This document shows positions 23,303-33,832 of a DNA stretch of 37,317 nt, one piece after another. Source of the stretch: a virus (taxonomy: Duplodnaviria; Caudoviricetes); the IMG/VR virus record IMGVR_UViG_3300028740_000013, positions 1-37,317 of that record; one strand, given 5' to 3'. Below the pieces are notes generated by a model. It made no database searches, had not been told where the DNA came from, and saw nothing but the letters and a program-made list of their open reading frames with translations. Both the position numbers and the translations under genes were made by a program. Each line of letters starts with the position of its first letter. The stretch's first letter is position 1.

Positions 23303-24204
23303 TTCTTACCCCGTGTATGCTTCGGTACCGGATTGGGCCGTACGATTGCGCCACCGTCGCTTCGGCGGGAGCATTCTGCAATCCAGTAGAAGGGGGTTGA
23401 CCGGGTCGACACACTCCACTCGAGTTTGTAAATCGTGTAGTTGCCGTTGAGCGCCGGGTAAAGCGCGCTTTCGATCCGCAGCGCCCCGCCAAGCTTGCTT
23501 TGGTTGTCCAGGAGATAAAGCACCTTAACGCCGTGCTCGGTCGGCTCGGGGGTTCCGATCATACCCGACGCCGCGTTAAGGACCCGCATTTGCCCCTTAA
23601 GCGGCACGCCGCGGTTTTTGACGACTAGCGCTCCGTCGTCCACATAGGCGTCGTAATTGCCCGCGTCTTCCAACCTGGGCACCTGCCCGAGCGCGCTGCC
23701 AGCGTGGCAGTAGTTGGACACACTGCAGTCGTCGCCCTCAAAGTTGAGCGACAGGCTGTTGTCGGATGCCACGCCGCGGGCAATGTCCGAAAGCTTGCTT
23801 ACGCCCGGCCGGCTCACGCTGACGATTTTGCCCTTTTGGTACGCGCCCGTTTGGCACTTGAGGGTCAGCCCAATGTCCGGCGGCTGCGTTAGGGTGCAGG
23901 TCGTTATGTTGCCTTCGTAGAGTTTGGAAAGCCCCGTCGACACGCGGCCCGCTTCCAAAATCAGCTTTTTGGGCGTGCGGTTTTTATTGAACGGGGGGCA
24001 CTCGGTGAGCAGGTAGTCGCGGTCGGATTTGGAGAGGTTAAAAATTTTAACCTCTGCCTCATTTTGAAGCGGGCTCGCAAATTTGCATCCCGTCGATTCA
24101 ATTTGAAGCGCCGGGCCGACGCCGTCCGCCTCGGCGTTGTAGACCTTGAGCTGGCCGTTAATTTCCAGGGACAGGCGGACGAGTCGAAGATCAAGCGAGG
24201 CCAT
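23299..24204 (-). CDS. Baseplate hub protein
   Basis: IFNLS, LEAG, SGMIGTP; synteny. Confidence 0.78.
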   Translation of the reverse strand: MASLDLRLVRLSLEINGQLKVYNAEADGVGPALQIESTGCKFASPLQNEAEVKIFNLSKSDRDYLLTECPPFNKNRTPKKLILEAGRVSTGLSKLYEGNITTCTLTQPPDIGLTLKCQTGAYQKGKIVSVSRPGVSKLSDIARGVASDNSLSLNFEGDDCSVSNYCHAGSALGQVPRLEDAGNYDAYVDDGALVVKNRGVPLKGQMRVLNAASGMIGTPEPTEHGVKVLYLLDNQSKLGGALRIESALYPALNGNYTIYKLEWSVSTRSTPFYWIAECSRRSDGGAIVRPNPVPKHTRGKK

Positions 24205-24514
24205 TGCGGATAGCCCCAATCTCCGCGGTCGTCGCAAAAATCAGTGTTTGCGTCGCCCCGAATTGGTCGTAGTACGGCAGGTCGCCGCCTTGCGTGAGAA
24301 TAGCAAAGTTGCCGTATTCGCCCTCAAGTGAAACGAACGGCAAGATCGGGCGGCCCGCAACGACGCGTTTGCCCTGCACGACCACGTCGCCCGCGCGAGA
24401 GATATCTGCAGCCATGCAACCGCCAACGTCGCGAAGGGTAATATCGTAAAGGATACCATCCAACACGACGGTAAGTTGCTGGTTTGGGATTGCCTGAAGC
24501 GCGATTGTCTGCAT
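24191..24514 (-). CDS. Baseplate plug-like protein
   Basis: IALQAIPNQQL...LPYYDQFGATQTL; TAATG overlap. Confidence 0.65.
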   Translation of the reverse strand: MQTIALQAIPNQQLTVVLDGILYDITLRDVGGCMAADISRAGDVVVQGKRVVAGRPILPFVSLEGEYGNFAILTQGGDLPYYDQFGATQTLIFATTAEIGAIRNGLA

Positions 24515-25038
24515 TACCCACCCCACCCCAGGCCCTTAAAAAGATCGTGCGCAGCTGACGACTGTGGCGGTGTAGCAGGCGCGGGCTGCTTCTGGCCGGT
24601 CTTTACGGTCGACGCGTGGCGCTTCGTTTTGACCTTGGCCGCGGGCAGTTGCTGGTATTGCGCCTCGACAAGCGGAATCTCTTTGAGCCGCAGTGAGATT
24701 GCCACGGTGTCAAACAGATCGGCCGTCTCTTCGCGCGGCAAAGCCAATATGTACATATCTTTATATGTGTCGACACGCGTGCAAACCGTGAGCGACGACG
24801 TACCCGTAAACGCCGCTTTGATTTGCTGGTATGTGCTTTGGTAATCCTCGGGGTCCAGGATGACCGAAAGCTCAATTTCTACCGGCAAGAAAATGCGGTG
24901 GTCGCCGATCGTCGCGCCGGACTCTAGCGGGTGCTCGGGGAATTTGGCGCTCGGCTTTACCGCCGCTTTGACCGCGCGGGCATTGGCGAAAAGCTGCGTT
25001 TGCGAATCGTTATAGACGCCTACGACATCGGTTGTCAT
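24514..25038 (-). CDS. Dit-like / tail tube initiator
   Basis: EHPLESGATIGDH; follows the tape measure gene. Confidence 0.7.
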   Translation of the reverse strand: MTTDVVGVYNDSQTQLFANARAVKAAVKPSAKFPEHPLESGATIGDHRIFLPVEIELSVILDPEDYQSTYQQIKAAFTGTSSLTVCTRVDTYKDMYILALPREETADLFDTVAISLRLKEIPLVEAQYQQLPAAKVKTKRHASTVKTGQKQPAPATPPQSSAAHDLFKGLGWGG

Positions 25039-26687
25039 CCGCGCACCCCGTCGTCAAAGTGGTCGGTGGCCTGACGGAGTTGGTCGGCTAGGGTGTTGTT
25101 GACCGCGTCGCTCACGCCTTGGGGGTCGGTTGCTTGCGTGTTGACGGTCACACCGCCCACGTCGACGCGGACGCTGCGGCTTTGTGCGCCGGCCGTAAGT
25201 GCCCCGGCGAAGGCGGGAGAGGACGCGCTAAACGGCGTCGTGTTGGCTGTCGTAAGCGCAGATTGCCCGGCGCGGACGCCCGCGGTTACGTGTGCGTAGT
25301 CCATGCCGCCGCTCAAGTCGAGGCGAGGCATTCCCTTTTCAAGTTGCTTCGCGGTCCAGGAAAACGCATCGGACACCGCGCCGATGATCTTGCCCAGGTG
25401 CTCAAAAAGCCAAATCACCGGGCGGAAGACCGTTAGGATTACGTCGGCCGCCAGCTTGAACGCAGGCGCAAGAAGCCGCACGGCCCCCGCCACCATGTTG
25501 ATAATCGGCACGGCCACAAGCAACCCCACGTCCCAGGCCAGCCGCATGAAATTGCCGATCGCCGGGAACACGACGCCAGCGATGCCCTGCAACCATTCGA
25601 AAATACTGCCGATCGTGCGGACTAGGTAATGGATATACTCTCCAATCCACGGCCATTTCGCGGCAAGGTCCCCGATTAGGGACTGGTTTCCCGCAAGGAA
25701 ATTTTGCACGTCATCATAGAGTAGCGCGAAAGCCGCCCCGAGCGCGGCGACAGGAATCACGACGGCCAGAATTGGCGCGAGCAAAGCCCACGTGGCCGCC
25801 GCCGCGGCGACAATCGACGGGGTGTAGAAGACTGCCACGGCGGTACCGACGCCCACAAAGAAGCCGATTGCAAGCCCGCGGTGCTTGTCGAGATACTCAA
25901 TCCAGCCCTTGACAGACAGAAGCGCGGCGGAGATAGCGGGCAACACGGCGGACCCGATCTTGCGCGCCATGTCCCCGAGGCTGTCCTCTAGCTCAAGGTT
26001 GGCGATGCGCCACTCTTCGGCTTTGCGCGCGTCCTCTTCGCTCGCAACCCCGTTCTTTTTAATCTCTTCCAAAAGCTCGCTAACGCCGTCTTTGCCCTTG
26101 CGCAAAAGCAATAGCAAGCCGTCGCTGATACCGAGTTTTTCGGCATAGCCCGCGCTCTTTTGGGCGCCGTATTCCTTGAATTTGTTGGCGATCAATCCGA
26201 GTAAATCGGGCAACGGCCGCATTCTGCCGTGTACGTCGGTCGCCTTAATTTTCATTTCCTCAAAGAACGGGAGTAACCGGGACTTGCCCGTCGCGTCTAC
26301 CATTGCAAGGTTTTTATTAAGGAAATCGAGGGATTGCGCAAACTCCCCGCTTTTCCCGCCCGCGATCATCGTTGCGCGGTTCCAAGCGTCGACTTCACCT
26401 ACAGCCCAGCCGAGACGCTCGGCAGTGCGGCCCAGCTCTGCGTTAAGCTTCGCCTCTTCGGTGACTTTGGACGCAATCTCAAACACGCCGAACGCGGCAA
26501 GCGCGGCGACCGCAACGCTCTTGAACGTCTCGACTAGGTGCTCGCCCATCGCCGCGCCCGCGCGGTCGCTGGCATTTAGAGACTCTTCAAGCTTATTGGT
26601 GGATTGCTTCGCGTCTTCATTGCCGCGCTTGACCTTGTCCGCGTTGCTCTCGAACATGATAAAAAAGGTTTCGAGCAGCGACGGCAT
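25035..26687 (-). CDS. Tail tape measure protein
   Basis: 550 aa, helical, Ala-rich with hydrophobic segments; follows the chaperone. Confidence 0.85.
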   Translation of the reverse strand: MPSLLETFFIMFESNADKVKRGNEDAKQSTNKLEESLNASDRAGAAMGEHLVETFKSVAVAALAAFGVFEIASKVTEEAKLNAELGRTAERLGWAVGEVDAWNRATMIAGGKSGEFAQSLDFLNKNLAMVDATGKSRLLPFFEEMKIKATDVHGRMRPLPDLLGLIANKFKEYGAQKSAGYAEKLGISDGLLLLLRKGKDGVSELLEEIKKNGVASEEDARKAEEWRIANLELEDSLGDMARKIGSAVLPAISAALLSVKGWIEYLDKHRGLAIGFFVGVGTAVAVFYTPSIVAAAAATWALLAPILAVVIPVAALGAAFALLYDDVQNFLAGNQSLIGDLAAKWPWIGEYIHYLVRTIGSIFEWLQGIAGVVFPAIGNFMRLAWDVGLLVAVPIINMVAGAVRLLAPAFKLAADVILTVFRPVIWLFEHLGKIIGAVSDAFSWTAKQLEKGMPRLDLSGGMDYAHVTAGVRAGQSALTTANTTPFSASSPAFAGALTAGAQSRSVRVDVGGVTVNTQATDPQGVSDAVNNTLADQLRQATDHFDDGVRG

Positions 26688-26694
26688 GGTGCGG

Positions 26695-26931
26695 TTACTT
26701 TCTACGCTTTGCGGCCTCTACGGCAAGATACTCATTGACCCGGGGCACCACGATCGACTCCCAAATAAGGAAAGCATCCTCTAGGGTGTATATCGTCCTT
26801 AACTCGTGGAGCGAGGCTTTCCCACTTGAGACGATGCAGCCAATGAGTCCGTCAAGATTGACGTAATCAACTGTTTCGCCGTGTCCATGAACCCGCCGAA
26901 GAAATCCGAGGTCTTGCCGTTGGAGAAAAAA
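26695..26931 (-). CDS. -1 frameshift extension of the tail assembly chaperone (GT-like)
   Basis: T TTT TTC at 26931-26925; -1 frame reads ...SGKASLHELRTIYTLEDAFLIWESIVVPRVNE...* and has no own start before this motif. Confidence 0.75.
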   Translation of the reverse strand, partial: FFLQRQDLGFLRRVHGHGETVDYVNLDGLIGCIVSSGKASLHELRTIYTLEDAFLIWESIVVPRVNEYLAVEAAKRRK

Positions 26932-27245
26932 GAGCAGTTGTACTCCATCATCCCCAATTCAATACGCGCGAGGGTTTCCCAATCGTGCGTATGGTTGTCT
27001 ACGAGCGCACGCGTGGTCAGCAGCAGCGGCGGCCGGTCGTCCGGTTGGGGAACCCCGACACACGACATGAGCTTAAGCATGGTCGCTTCGCTGACGGCGT
27101 AGTCACCAATCTTCGGCAAAATCGAAACGGGATACTTGGCCACAATCTCGCGGCCGAGCACCGCCGGGAATTTGGAAAAGACAAAGGTCCGGGCGACGCC
27201 GTCGGGTCCGTCAATTGTCACTTCTTTGGGCTCAAGAAGTGCCAT
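26799..27245 (-). CDS. Tail assembly chaperone
   Basis: Between tube and tape measure; SKFPA..GREI, EYNCSFF. Confidence 0.75.
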   Translation of the reverse strand: MALLEPKEVTIDGPDGVARTFVFSKFPAVLGREIVAKYPVSILPKIGDYAVSEATMLKLMSCVGVPQPDDRPPLLLTTRALVDNHTHDWETLARIELGMMEYNCSFFSNGKTSDFFGGFMDTAKQLITSILTDSLAASSQVGKPRSTS

Positions 27246-27251
27246 CGGTTG

Positions 27252-27713
27252 CTATGCCCCCCCGGTGCGGTTGGCGAATTTGAACTTGTAGGACTTGGCT
27301 TTCATGCGGCCGGCGCTCGCAACGCTCGGGCCGACCATGCCCGCGGTGATCTTGCCCGGCGTGAGCGTAAGTTGCTTTTCGCTGGGGTAAACCGCGACGA
27401 CGGTAATCACGTCCTGCGCGCTTTTCTTGCCGGGGCCGACGCGATTAGCCTCAAGCAAAATCGCCATATTTTGATCGTCCTCGCTGCCCGCGATAAGCGC
27501 CAACGCAACTTCGATCACTTTGGCCGACGACCACGACACGAGGTCGCCGTTGAGGCCGACCGCAGCGTCCGCAACTTGAATCTCGGGGAGGTCAAAGGGG
27601 TCCGCGTCGTCGGCAAATTGCGTCAACGTCACGCCCGCGGGGAACGTGTTGGACGCAAAAACCGTGACGCTTAGGCCGAAGCCGGAAGTGTCAACAACAC
27701 CGGGGGAAGACAT
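27252..27713 (-). CDS. Tail tube protein
   Basis: AAGGAG RBS; [23 protein letters not shown]; follows the sheath. Confidence 0.8.
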   Translation of the reverse strand: MSSPGVVDTSGFGLSVTVFASNTFPAGVTLTQFADDADPFDLPEIQVADAAVGLNGDLVSWSSAKVIEVALALIAGSEDDQNMAILLEANRVGPGKKSAQDVITVVAVYPSEKQLTLTPGKITAGMVGPSVASAGRMKAKSYKFKFANRTGGA

Positions 27714-27727
27714 GAGCGGGAGACTCC

Positions 27728-29254
27728 TTAAATGAGGGCGTGCGTGCCTTCGGCCTTGCGAATAACGTCGTCTTTCGAATATACGAGCGCGTAAACAACT
27801 TTCCACTCGGTGCGATTGTCGTCGGTCTGGTACGACTCGAAGCCGATCGTCAGCCAATAGCCAATGGTTTGCACCTGGCGCCAAGCCATATCGTCGCCCG
27901 TCAGCTCGCCAACAACGGCAATTTGCAGCGCGGTCAGGTCCTTGCCGACGGACACCGTACCGTTTTTCACGCCGGTTGCGATAACCGGTTGCAACGCGCC
28001 GTTGACCAATCCCCGGCCGGTCTTATTGATTGGAATCTCCGGTACGGCGATCATCAAATTCATAAGCGCCGCTGCCGCCGCATCCTTGAACCACATTTCA
28101 TTCGCATAAATGTTCATGTCGACGGGGGACGTGATGCCGCCCATCATCGTGCCGCGCTGGTAGAACGCGAGAGTGTTGCCCGCCTCTTGCGTCACCCCGA
28201 GGTAGTTGACCCGCAACCGGTCATAGGTGTTTGACAACGTCGTGTCCGACACGGTCGGATTTTGACCGGGGAACAACTGGTACATGTAGTTTTGCGTCGC
28301 GCCCTTGGCGTTGTAGTCGGTCGCCGCGACAATGCACATGGAGTCCATTTCCGGGAAGTCGCCAGGAAATGCCGTGGCGTCCGCAAGGGTCAAAGCCGTG
28401 CCCGGCGTCGCAATAAGGGCCGCGCTCCAGGCCGTCGCGTTGGCCGCGGTAACGGGAACCTCAAACATGAAGCTGACGTTTTGCGCCTCGTTCCAAGCCG
28501 CCGCGTCCTCGACATTTTGCAGCGTGAGCGCCGCGGCCCGCGTAAAGCAGAACGACCCGAAATTGTTGGAAGCCGTGACCGACTTGGTAAGCGTGTCGGT
28601 GATCGTTTCCGCCGCGATGCCGTCGGACAGCGTAGCGCCCGCGGTCCAACCGAGAGCCGCCGCCGGGCTTTCCGCGCCGTCGTCAACAGCGATCACCGCC
28701 GCGCCCGCAAGGCCGCTGACGAACTGGAAGCTGCCGCGCACCGCGTCGAATGTGACGGTTGCGGCTGTCCATCCCGCGCCACTGCCCGCGCCGGCAAGAC
28801 GGATAGCCGCCTGCACCGTGGCCGCAACGGCGGCTAGGTCGGCGTCCAAGTGTAGGTCGACCGTAACCTCGTGCGTCACCGCGCCCAGCGTGAGGTCAAA
28901 TTTGCCCGCGGCGATGCCAGTGAAATCCCCCAGCGCGTACGTCCCCTTGAGGCCGTAAATGAGCGGCGCGGTCGCGGCTTGCGCCCAAAACTGAAAGCTG
29001 ATTCCTTGCGGCCGGCGGTTCTTTTTGGAAATCCAAGAGCCGTAAAATGCCGCGCGCTTGTACTCTTCCGAGGCCGCGCCGAAATAGGCCTTCACGTCCT
29101 CAACGAAGGATGCCCCCCGAAACTGCACGACCGTCTCGGTCGGCAGCAACGGGTTGATGCTGAAAACACGGGCGATAAGCTCGCGCGTCGACACGGCCGG
29201 GGCGCCTGCTACGGTACTCAGAATGTTCACGTATTTGGAAAAGCTGATTGCCAT
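27728..29254 (-). CDS. Tail sheath protein (DUF3383-like)
   Basis: [39 protein letters not shown]. Confidence 0.88.
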   Translation of the reverse strand: MAISFSKYVNILSTVAGAPAVSTRELIARVFSINPLLPTETVVQFRGASFVEDVKAYFGAASEEYKRAAFYGSWISKKNRRPQGISFQFWAQAATAPLIYGLKGTYALGDFTGIAAGKFDLTLGAVTHEVTVDLHLDADLAAVAATVQAAIRLAGAGSGAGWTAATVTFDAVRGSFQFVSGLAGAAVIAVDDGAESPAAALGWTAGATLSDGIAAETITDTLTKSVTASNNFGSFCFTRAAALTLQNVEDAAAWNEAQNVSFMFEVPVTAANATAWSAALIATPGTALTLADATAFPGDFPEMDSMCIVAATDYNAKGATQNYMYQLFPGQNPTVSDTTLSNTYDRLRVNYLGVTQEAGNTLAFYQRGTMMGGITSPVDMNIYANEMWFKDAAAAALMNLMIAVPEIPINKTGRGLVNGALQPVIATGVKNGTVSVGKDLTALQIAVVGELTGDDMAWRQVQTIGYWLTIGFESYQTDDNRTEWKVVYALVYSKDDVIRKAEGTHALI

Positions 29255-29285
29255 AGCCGAAAGGCCCCTTTAGGTAGCGCGCCCC

Positions 29286-29314
29286 AACATACGCCGGGCA
29301 GGGTTAGACCGCAA
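29286..29314 (-). promoter_or_regulatory. Sigma70-like promoter TTGCGG-17-TATGTT upstream of sheath
   Basis: Same layout as 18764-18792, in a 49-bp gap. Confidence 0.45.
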
Positions 29315-29885
29315 CGACTCCGCCGCGCACGTCGTGCGTATGCGGGGTTTCCGTTACTTGAGATTCGCTATAAACAAGCGTAAAGTCAAACGACGGCACC
29401 CGCTCGAATTGGTCGCGGTCTAACGCGACGCTGGTCTGCCGTACATCCTGCACCCGAAGGATACCGCAGCCGCCGACGGCCAGCGCCGTCCGGCCCGCGT
29501 CGCTCTGCAAAATGTCGGACACCGCGCGCACGAGGTCGCTTGCCGCAGGCGTGGCGGCCAGCCGTATGACGTAATTTGCCACAGTTTCGTTTGCCGCACG
29601 CGCCGGGATTGGATAAAGCGCGTTGACTTGAAACGACGCCTCCCATTGCTGCGTTTCGGTGTGGCGCATTACCGCGGGCGGGGCGGCCGGTACCCATTCG
29701 TCTTTGCGTGCAAGAAACCCGAAACGCTTAAGCCCCATCGGGGTAAGGATGACCGTAGGCCCCCCGGGCGCGCCCCCGATCCGCGGTTGTTCGCCTTGCT
29801 GAGTGCCCACCCCCGCAAAGCCGCGGGCCGTCAGGGCCGGGGCAACGATGCCGGTAAGCAACGCAAAGAGCGCGCGCTCGTTCAA
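29304..29885 (-). CDS. Tail terminator/neck protein
   Basis: TTG start overlapping the upstream stop; FQVNAL, ASDL, FE..PSFDFTL. Confidence 0.7.
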   Translation of the reverse strand: MNERALFALLTGIVAPALTARGFAGVGTQQGEQPRIGGAPGGPTVILTPMGLKRFGFLARKDEWVPAAPPAVMRHTETQQWEASFQVNALYPIPARAANETVANYVIRLAATPAASDLVRAVSDILQSDAGRTALAVGGCGILRVQDVRQTSVALDRDQFERVPSFDFTLVYSESQVTETPHTHDVRGGVVAV

Positions 29886-30268
29886 GGCGCCGCCCCCGCC
29901 GCGCCAATGTCGACGCAAATCGAGCCCCGCCAGCCGTTGAGCGCGTACCAATCGGTATTTGATTCGACCGAGTAGCGGCGTCCCGCAAAATCCACAACGT
30001 CGACGCCGCCGGTCCCGCGCGCCACGTCCTGTAACGGCGTGGAGCAATAGACCATGAGGTAAGACTTTTGGAAGTCGAGGCCAAATTTTTCGTACATCGC
30101 GCGCGAGACGGCCTGCACGCTGGCCTTAATTGTGGCCGCGGCGGCGTAGGTCGGAATGAGCACGCCCGCCCCGCCGTCAGTGTTGGACGCCCACGCGTAG
30201 CGCACGATGTCAACGGGCGGGATTAAGCGCTGCGCGCGGCTCAAGAGGTTGGATGCGAGCAAGCTCAT
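29882..30268 (-). CDS. Head closure/collar protein
   Basis: NLL..A.RLIP, SVQAV...YEKFGLDFQK, DWYALNGW. Confidence 0.7.
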   Translation of the reverse strand: MSLLASNLLSRAQRLIPPVDIVRYAWASNTDGGAGVLIPTYAAAATIKASVQAVSRAMYEKFGLDFQKSYLMVYCSTPLQDVARGTGGVDVVDFAGRRYSVESNTDWYALNGWRGSICVDIGAAGAAP

Positions 30269-30803
30269 TTTGCTAGGGGCTCCTGCGGCAAAGTAAACTT
30301 CCCCCGCCACGTCGTCCAGGCGCGCGCGACCGCACCGGTTCCGGGGAAAAGGTCCGCCAGGGTATCCTCCGGGCGCGCGGCGACCAATTCAAAGGCCCAA
30401 TGACAAACCCGCTCCGGTTTCGCCCCTGTCAGGCCCCGCTTAAGGGTGATGCTTTCCTGAATCCAGTCCCGCAAGGGGACCATACGTTTGCTGACGACCG
30501 GCTTGCGGGCGGGTTTGATAATGACTGGCTCCCACGCGTACCCGACTGGAACGTTTTTCTTAAAAGCAGCAAACCCCTTAACCCACGTACACCACCGAGC
30601 GCCGGTCTTTTCAACAAGGGGCGCAAGCACCGCCATTGACCGCGGGGTTGCCGAAGCGTGAAGCACCCACCCGTCATACTCGGATTGCAACCGATCGATT
30701 AGCAAAGCGTGGTCAACTTCACCCGCAAAATCCGCGTGGTCGCGGTAAAGGTGGGCGCATCCGATGTACGGCGGGTCCGCGTATGCGAGCAGGCTCATTT
30801 TGC
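30253..30803 (-). repeat. 21-bp direct repeat (30253-30273, 30783-30803; 20/21) flanking the MTase gene
   Basis: Minus strand GCAAAATGAGC(C/T)TGCTCGCAT. Confidence 0.9.
30265..30798 (-). CDS. Minimal beta-class N6-A/N4-C DNA methyltransferase-like protein
   Basis: N-terminal ADPPY (motif IV); C-terminal KP...DLFPGTG (motif I). Confidence 0.75.
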   Translation of the reverse strand: MSLLAYADPPYIGCAHLYRDHADFAGEVDHALLIDRLQSEYDGWVLHASATPRSMAVLAPLVEKTGARWCTWVKGFAAFKKNVPVGYAWEPVIIKPARKPVVSKRMVPLRDWIQESITLKRGLTGAKPERVCHWAFELVAARPEDTLADLFPGTGAVARAWTTWRGKFTLPQEPLAK

Positions 30804-31298
30804 ACCCTTCACGTCGACGCGGTTCGACACCGAGCCTAAAAGCTCCCCGGTGTCCACAAGGGGCTTTGCGACGGTCAAGGATACGACGCGGCCTTGCTTC
30901 TTACCTACCAAGCGCGCTTTGACCGTGTCGACCTTGAGCGGCGGTTGCGTGACCTTGGAAATATGCTTGCGGATATCGCCCGCCGCCTTAAGCCCGATAG
31001 CTTCCATGGCCTGCTTAGCGGTCATCGTGCCCGCAAGCACCGCCTTTGCGCACTGCCGTGCGACAATCTTCCACGCAGGTTCCCGCTCCTTTGCCGTCTC
31101 GCGCATGCCGAGCCGCGGCGGAATGTTGCCCTCGGGATATCCAAACTCGTGAATGGACGCCACGTAAGCGACCGGCGTACCGTCAGGGTAGTGCGCCGTG
31201 TCGAACCACCCGACCTTGCCGACGACTGAGTCGAGCGCCTTGAGCGCGAGGTCTAGGCGCTTGGCGGCCGGCTCAACCTTGCGGGTTACCTTGGCCAC
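30795..31298 (-). CDS. Neck / tail-completion protein
   Basis: [15 protein letters not shown]...IPPR, KPLVDTG.L. Confidence 0.8.
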   Translation of the reverse strand: MAKVTRKVEPAAKRLDLALKALDSVVGKVGWFDTAHYPDGTPVAYVASIHEFGYPEGNIPPRLGMRETAKEREPAWKIVARQCAKAVLAGTMTAKQAMEAIGLKAAGDIRKHISKVTQPPLKVDTVKARLVGKKQGRVVSLTVAKPLVDTGELLGSVSNRVDVKGAK

Positions 31299-31756
31299 AC
31301 CCTACCCCCGCCAAAGACGCCGCCCGCCGTACGAAAGCCGCCGCGCCCGGGCGCCGCGCCGCCGCCAGTGTAAAAACCGCCTGCCGTCTTGCCCTGCAAA
31401 AGCGCAAGCAACGCGGCGCCGTAAGCCGTGGTCGACAACCACCAACTGAATTGATTTTTGACCGGCGGCGGCGTGACGGTGACGGACACTTTGTCAATCG
31501 TGGCCGCCGACTCAACCGCGGGTGTCTCGCCCGCGGCGATAAGCGCGGTCAACTTGGTAATGTGCGCCGTCAGTTGGTTGAGCGCGAGGACGCGCGCCTT
31601 ACCGTTGAGCATGGCGCAACCGTAATCGCGATCGGAAATGTAGACCGTTGCCGTCGCCCAATTGAGCCCGAGGGTCGCGTCGCTTGGCGGCGTTGCGGCA
31701 AACTCGGGGAACATGAGCCGGAAGGCCGCAACGTCAAAAGTGATCTGCCCGGCCAT
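31286..31756 (-). CDS. Head-tail adaptor (DUF4054-like)
   Basis: [17 protein letters not shown]. Confidence 0.85.
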   Translation of the reverse strand: MAGQITFDVAAFRLMFPEFAATPPSDATLGLNWATATVYISDRDYGCAMLNGKARVLALNQLTAHITKLTALIAAGETPAVESAATIDKVSVTVTPPPVKNQFSWWLSTTAYGAALLALLQGKTAGGFYTGGGAAPGRGGFRTAGGVFGGGRVWPR

Positions 31757-31759
31757 TGG

Positions 31760-32125
31760 TTACCCCGGGGCGCCAACCGTCGGCAGCGCTTTGAAGTCGG
31801 CGGGAGTTTTGGGCGCGGAACCGTCGGCGGCTTCCATGCCCGACGCGACCGCGTCGGGGTCCTCTTTGCGGTTGTCAACCTGCATAAAGCCGTCGTTGAC
31901 AAAGCGCTGAAACGAATCGAGCACCTGGGGGTGGGTCGTCAGCCACAGGTAATCGTCGTCGCTAATCTGCGTCGCTACGCCGCGGGGCGTAATGAGCTGC
32001 TTGGTCGCGCAATTGGCGCCACCGCGAATTACGACCCGGCGCTTGACTTGCGGAATGCTGTTTTCCGGCGCCGGGTGGTACTCTTCGAAAGCAACGTCGG
32101 TCGAGACGGTCGAGTAAACGTACAT
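31760..32125 (-). CDS. Conserved virion-region protein
   Basis: YVYST...I.GGAN...TPRGVAT; synteny. Confidence 0.7.
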   Translation of the reverse strand: MYVYSTVSTDVAFEEYHPAPENSIPQVKRRVVIRGGANCATKQLITPRGVATQISDDDYLWLTTHPQVLDSFQRFVNDGFMQVDNRKEDPDAVASGMEAADGSAPKTPADFKALPTVGAPG

Positions 32126-32128
32126 GGG

Positions 32129-32554
32129 CTATCCCTTGGGCTTGGGGGTCAACAGGGCGGCTTTTTCATCTTCGCTTGCAGCGCCCATCATGGCGTCACG
32201 TTCGGCTTCGGGCAAGGGCGCAACGTCAGCCACAAACGCGTCAAGCGCAGCAATGCGCGCGGCGTAGGCTTTGGCCTTTTCGCCCTCGCGCCGGTCCCAG
32301 ACAGAGACGGTCGGGGCGATAAACCCGGGCAGGTTTGGCGAGTCATCCTCGGTCAAGGCGTCGTCAACTACCACAACGTGGCCGCCCGCCTCGTGACGCT
32401 GAAAAAGCGGGTTGCCGCGCAAGCGGTCAAGCTGGCCGGGCGTGACGTTGTTGTCGCCCGGCGCAAGCTCAATCGTCTCAGTCGGGAACGGCGCTTCGTT
32501 GCTTGCGGGGTGGGTGTAGGCGACACGAGTCGGCAAGTGGGAATGGACGCGCAT
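32129..32554 (-). CDS. Hypothetical protein
   Basis: AAGAGG RBS, ATG at 32554. Confidence 0.65.
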   Translation of the reverse strand: MRVHSHLPTRVAYTHPASNEAPFPTETIELAPGDNNVTPGQLDRLRGNPLFQRHEAGGHVVVVDDALTEDDSPNLPGFIAPTVSVWDRREGEKAKAYAARIAALDAFVADVAPLPEAERDAMMGAASEDEKAALLTPKPKG

Positions 32555-32566
32555 GTTAGGCCTCTT

Positions 32567-32601
32567 AAAATTATGGCGGCCGACCTTGGAAACCGACCGC
32601 C
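32567..32601 (-). terminator. Stem-loop after the capsid gene (weak terminator/attenuator)
   Basis: GGCGGTCGGT-ttccaag-GTCGGCCGCC-ATAATTTT. Confidence 0.5.
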
Positions 32602-32622
32602 TAAAGCACTGCGGCATAGGGT

Positions 32623-33816
32623 CTAGGCGAACAGTTTACGCACGACGGCATAGGGGCGTTTGAGGTACGCGCCGGCCGAAGCCATCGTGTAGTCCTCTTC
32701 TAAGCCCTTGACCATTTGCTGCACTCCGAGCACCCGGAAGCGGGTCGGAACGGCGTGCAGCCACACGCGCTTGTCGTCGGTCGACGCGGTATCGTCCACC
32801 GACTCGGCGTACATCACCGCGACACTCGCGCCGCCGACCGCATTGGTCAGCTCGGGGGCGTCGACAACGCGCACCTTGGAGTAGGCCTTACTCAGCCACT
32901 CGCTGACGGACTGCCCGCTTCCGTTGGTCGCCGTGGTCGACAGGTAATCGACTTGGTCGGACGGGACGGCCAGCGTAATAGCCGTCTTCTGCGGATCGAT
33001 CGTTGCGCCGGACTGCGACCGGAGCGTGGAAATCATGAGCCGGATATCGGCGCAAATTTCCTGGAAAGTCTTGAGCGCCCACGCCCTCGAACCGCTCGCG
33101 CCCGCGGGGAACTGCCCGGCCGCCGGCAGGTTGGGGTCGTTGAGGAAACCGTACGTCCGATTGAGGCCGCTGTTGTAGCCGTAGAAACCGATCGAATTGC
33201 GGTCAATTTCCAGCTGCAACGCCGCGCTGCCGCGCTTCTCTTCGGCGTCGTTAATCTTGATGCGCGAGGCACGGGCGGCGTCCAGAATACCGGAACGCAT
33301 GCCCTGTTCGATACGGACGATGGTTCGGCGTTCCCACGTCGCATTGTAGCCGGACAGCGGCACGTTGCCCAAATCGCTGTAAAGCTGCGACTTGGCCAGC
33401 GGCTCTTTGATGCCCTGCACAATCTCTTCGTCTTCCCAGGCGCCGACCGTCGCCACGCCGATAAGCTCGTCAATTTTGCGGGCTTGCGTGATGACGGAAA
33501 TAAAGCCGGGAAGCCAATTTTGCAGGAACTGAATCGGCGTCAAGACGCTGGCCGTCGTGAGCGGCGCAACCGGCGTGGCGTCCATGGCGTAGCCTAGGCG
33601 GCGGCCGGCGACGGCCCATGCCGCCAGATTGTCGGCGTCGTCAAAGCCCTGAATACCGAGCATGTACAGCCCGGGCAGGACATCCGATAGCGCGGGGAGC
33701 TTTTGCGCATCCGCAAGAGCGTCCATCGCGCACATAAACGGCAAAATGCCCTTGCCGTTCGAACCGCGGGGGCCGATGGCGCCGAATTCGGGCGAGGCGT
33801 TGGATTGGCGAATCAT
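32623..33816 (-). CDS. Major capsid protein (DUF2184-like)
   Basis: AMDA, FLQNWLPG, G.WEDEEIV, YGFLNDPNLP, KRPYAV. Confidence 0.88.
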   Translation of the reverse strand: MIRQSNASPEFGAIGPRGSNGKGILPFMCAMDALADAQKLPALSDVLPGLYMLGIQGFDDADNLAAWAVAGRRLGYAMDATPVAPLTTASVLTPIQFLQNWLPGFISVITQARKIDELIGVATVGAWEDEEIVQGIKEPLAKSQLYSDLGNVPLSGYNATWERRTIVRIEQGMRSGILDAARASRIKINDAEEKRGSAALQLEIDRNSIGFYGYNSGLNRTYGFLNDPNLPAAGQFPAGASGSRAWALKTFQEICADIRLMISTLRSQSGATIDPQKTAITLAVPSDQVDYLSTTATNGSGQSVSEWLSKAYSKVRVVDAPELTNAVGGASVAVMYAESVDDTASTDDKRVWLHAVPTRFRVLGVQQMVKGLEEDYTMASAGAYLKRPYAVVRKLFA

Positions 33817-33832
33817 AGCGGTTTGGTCCTTC

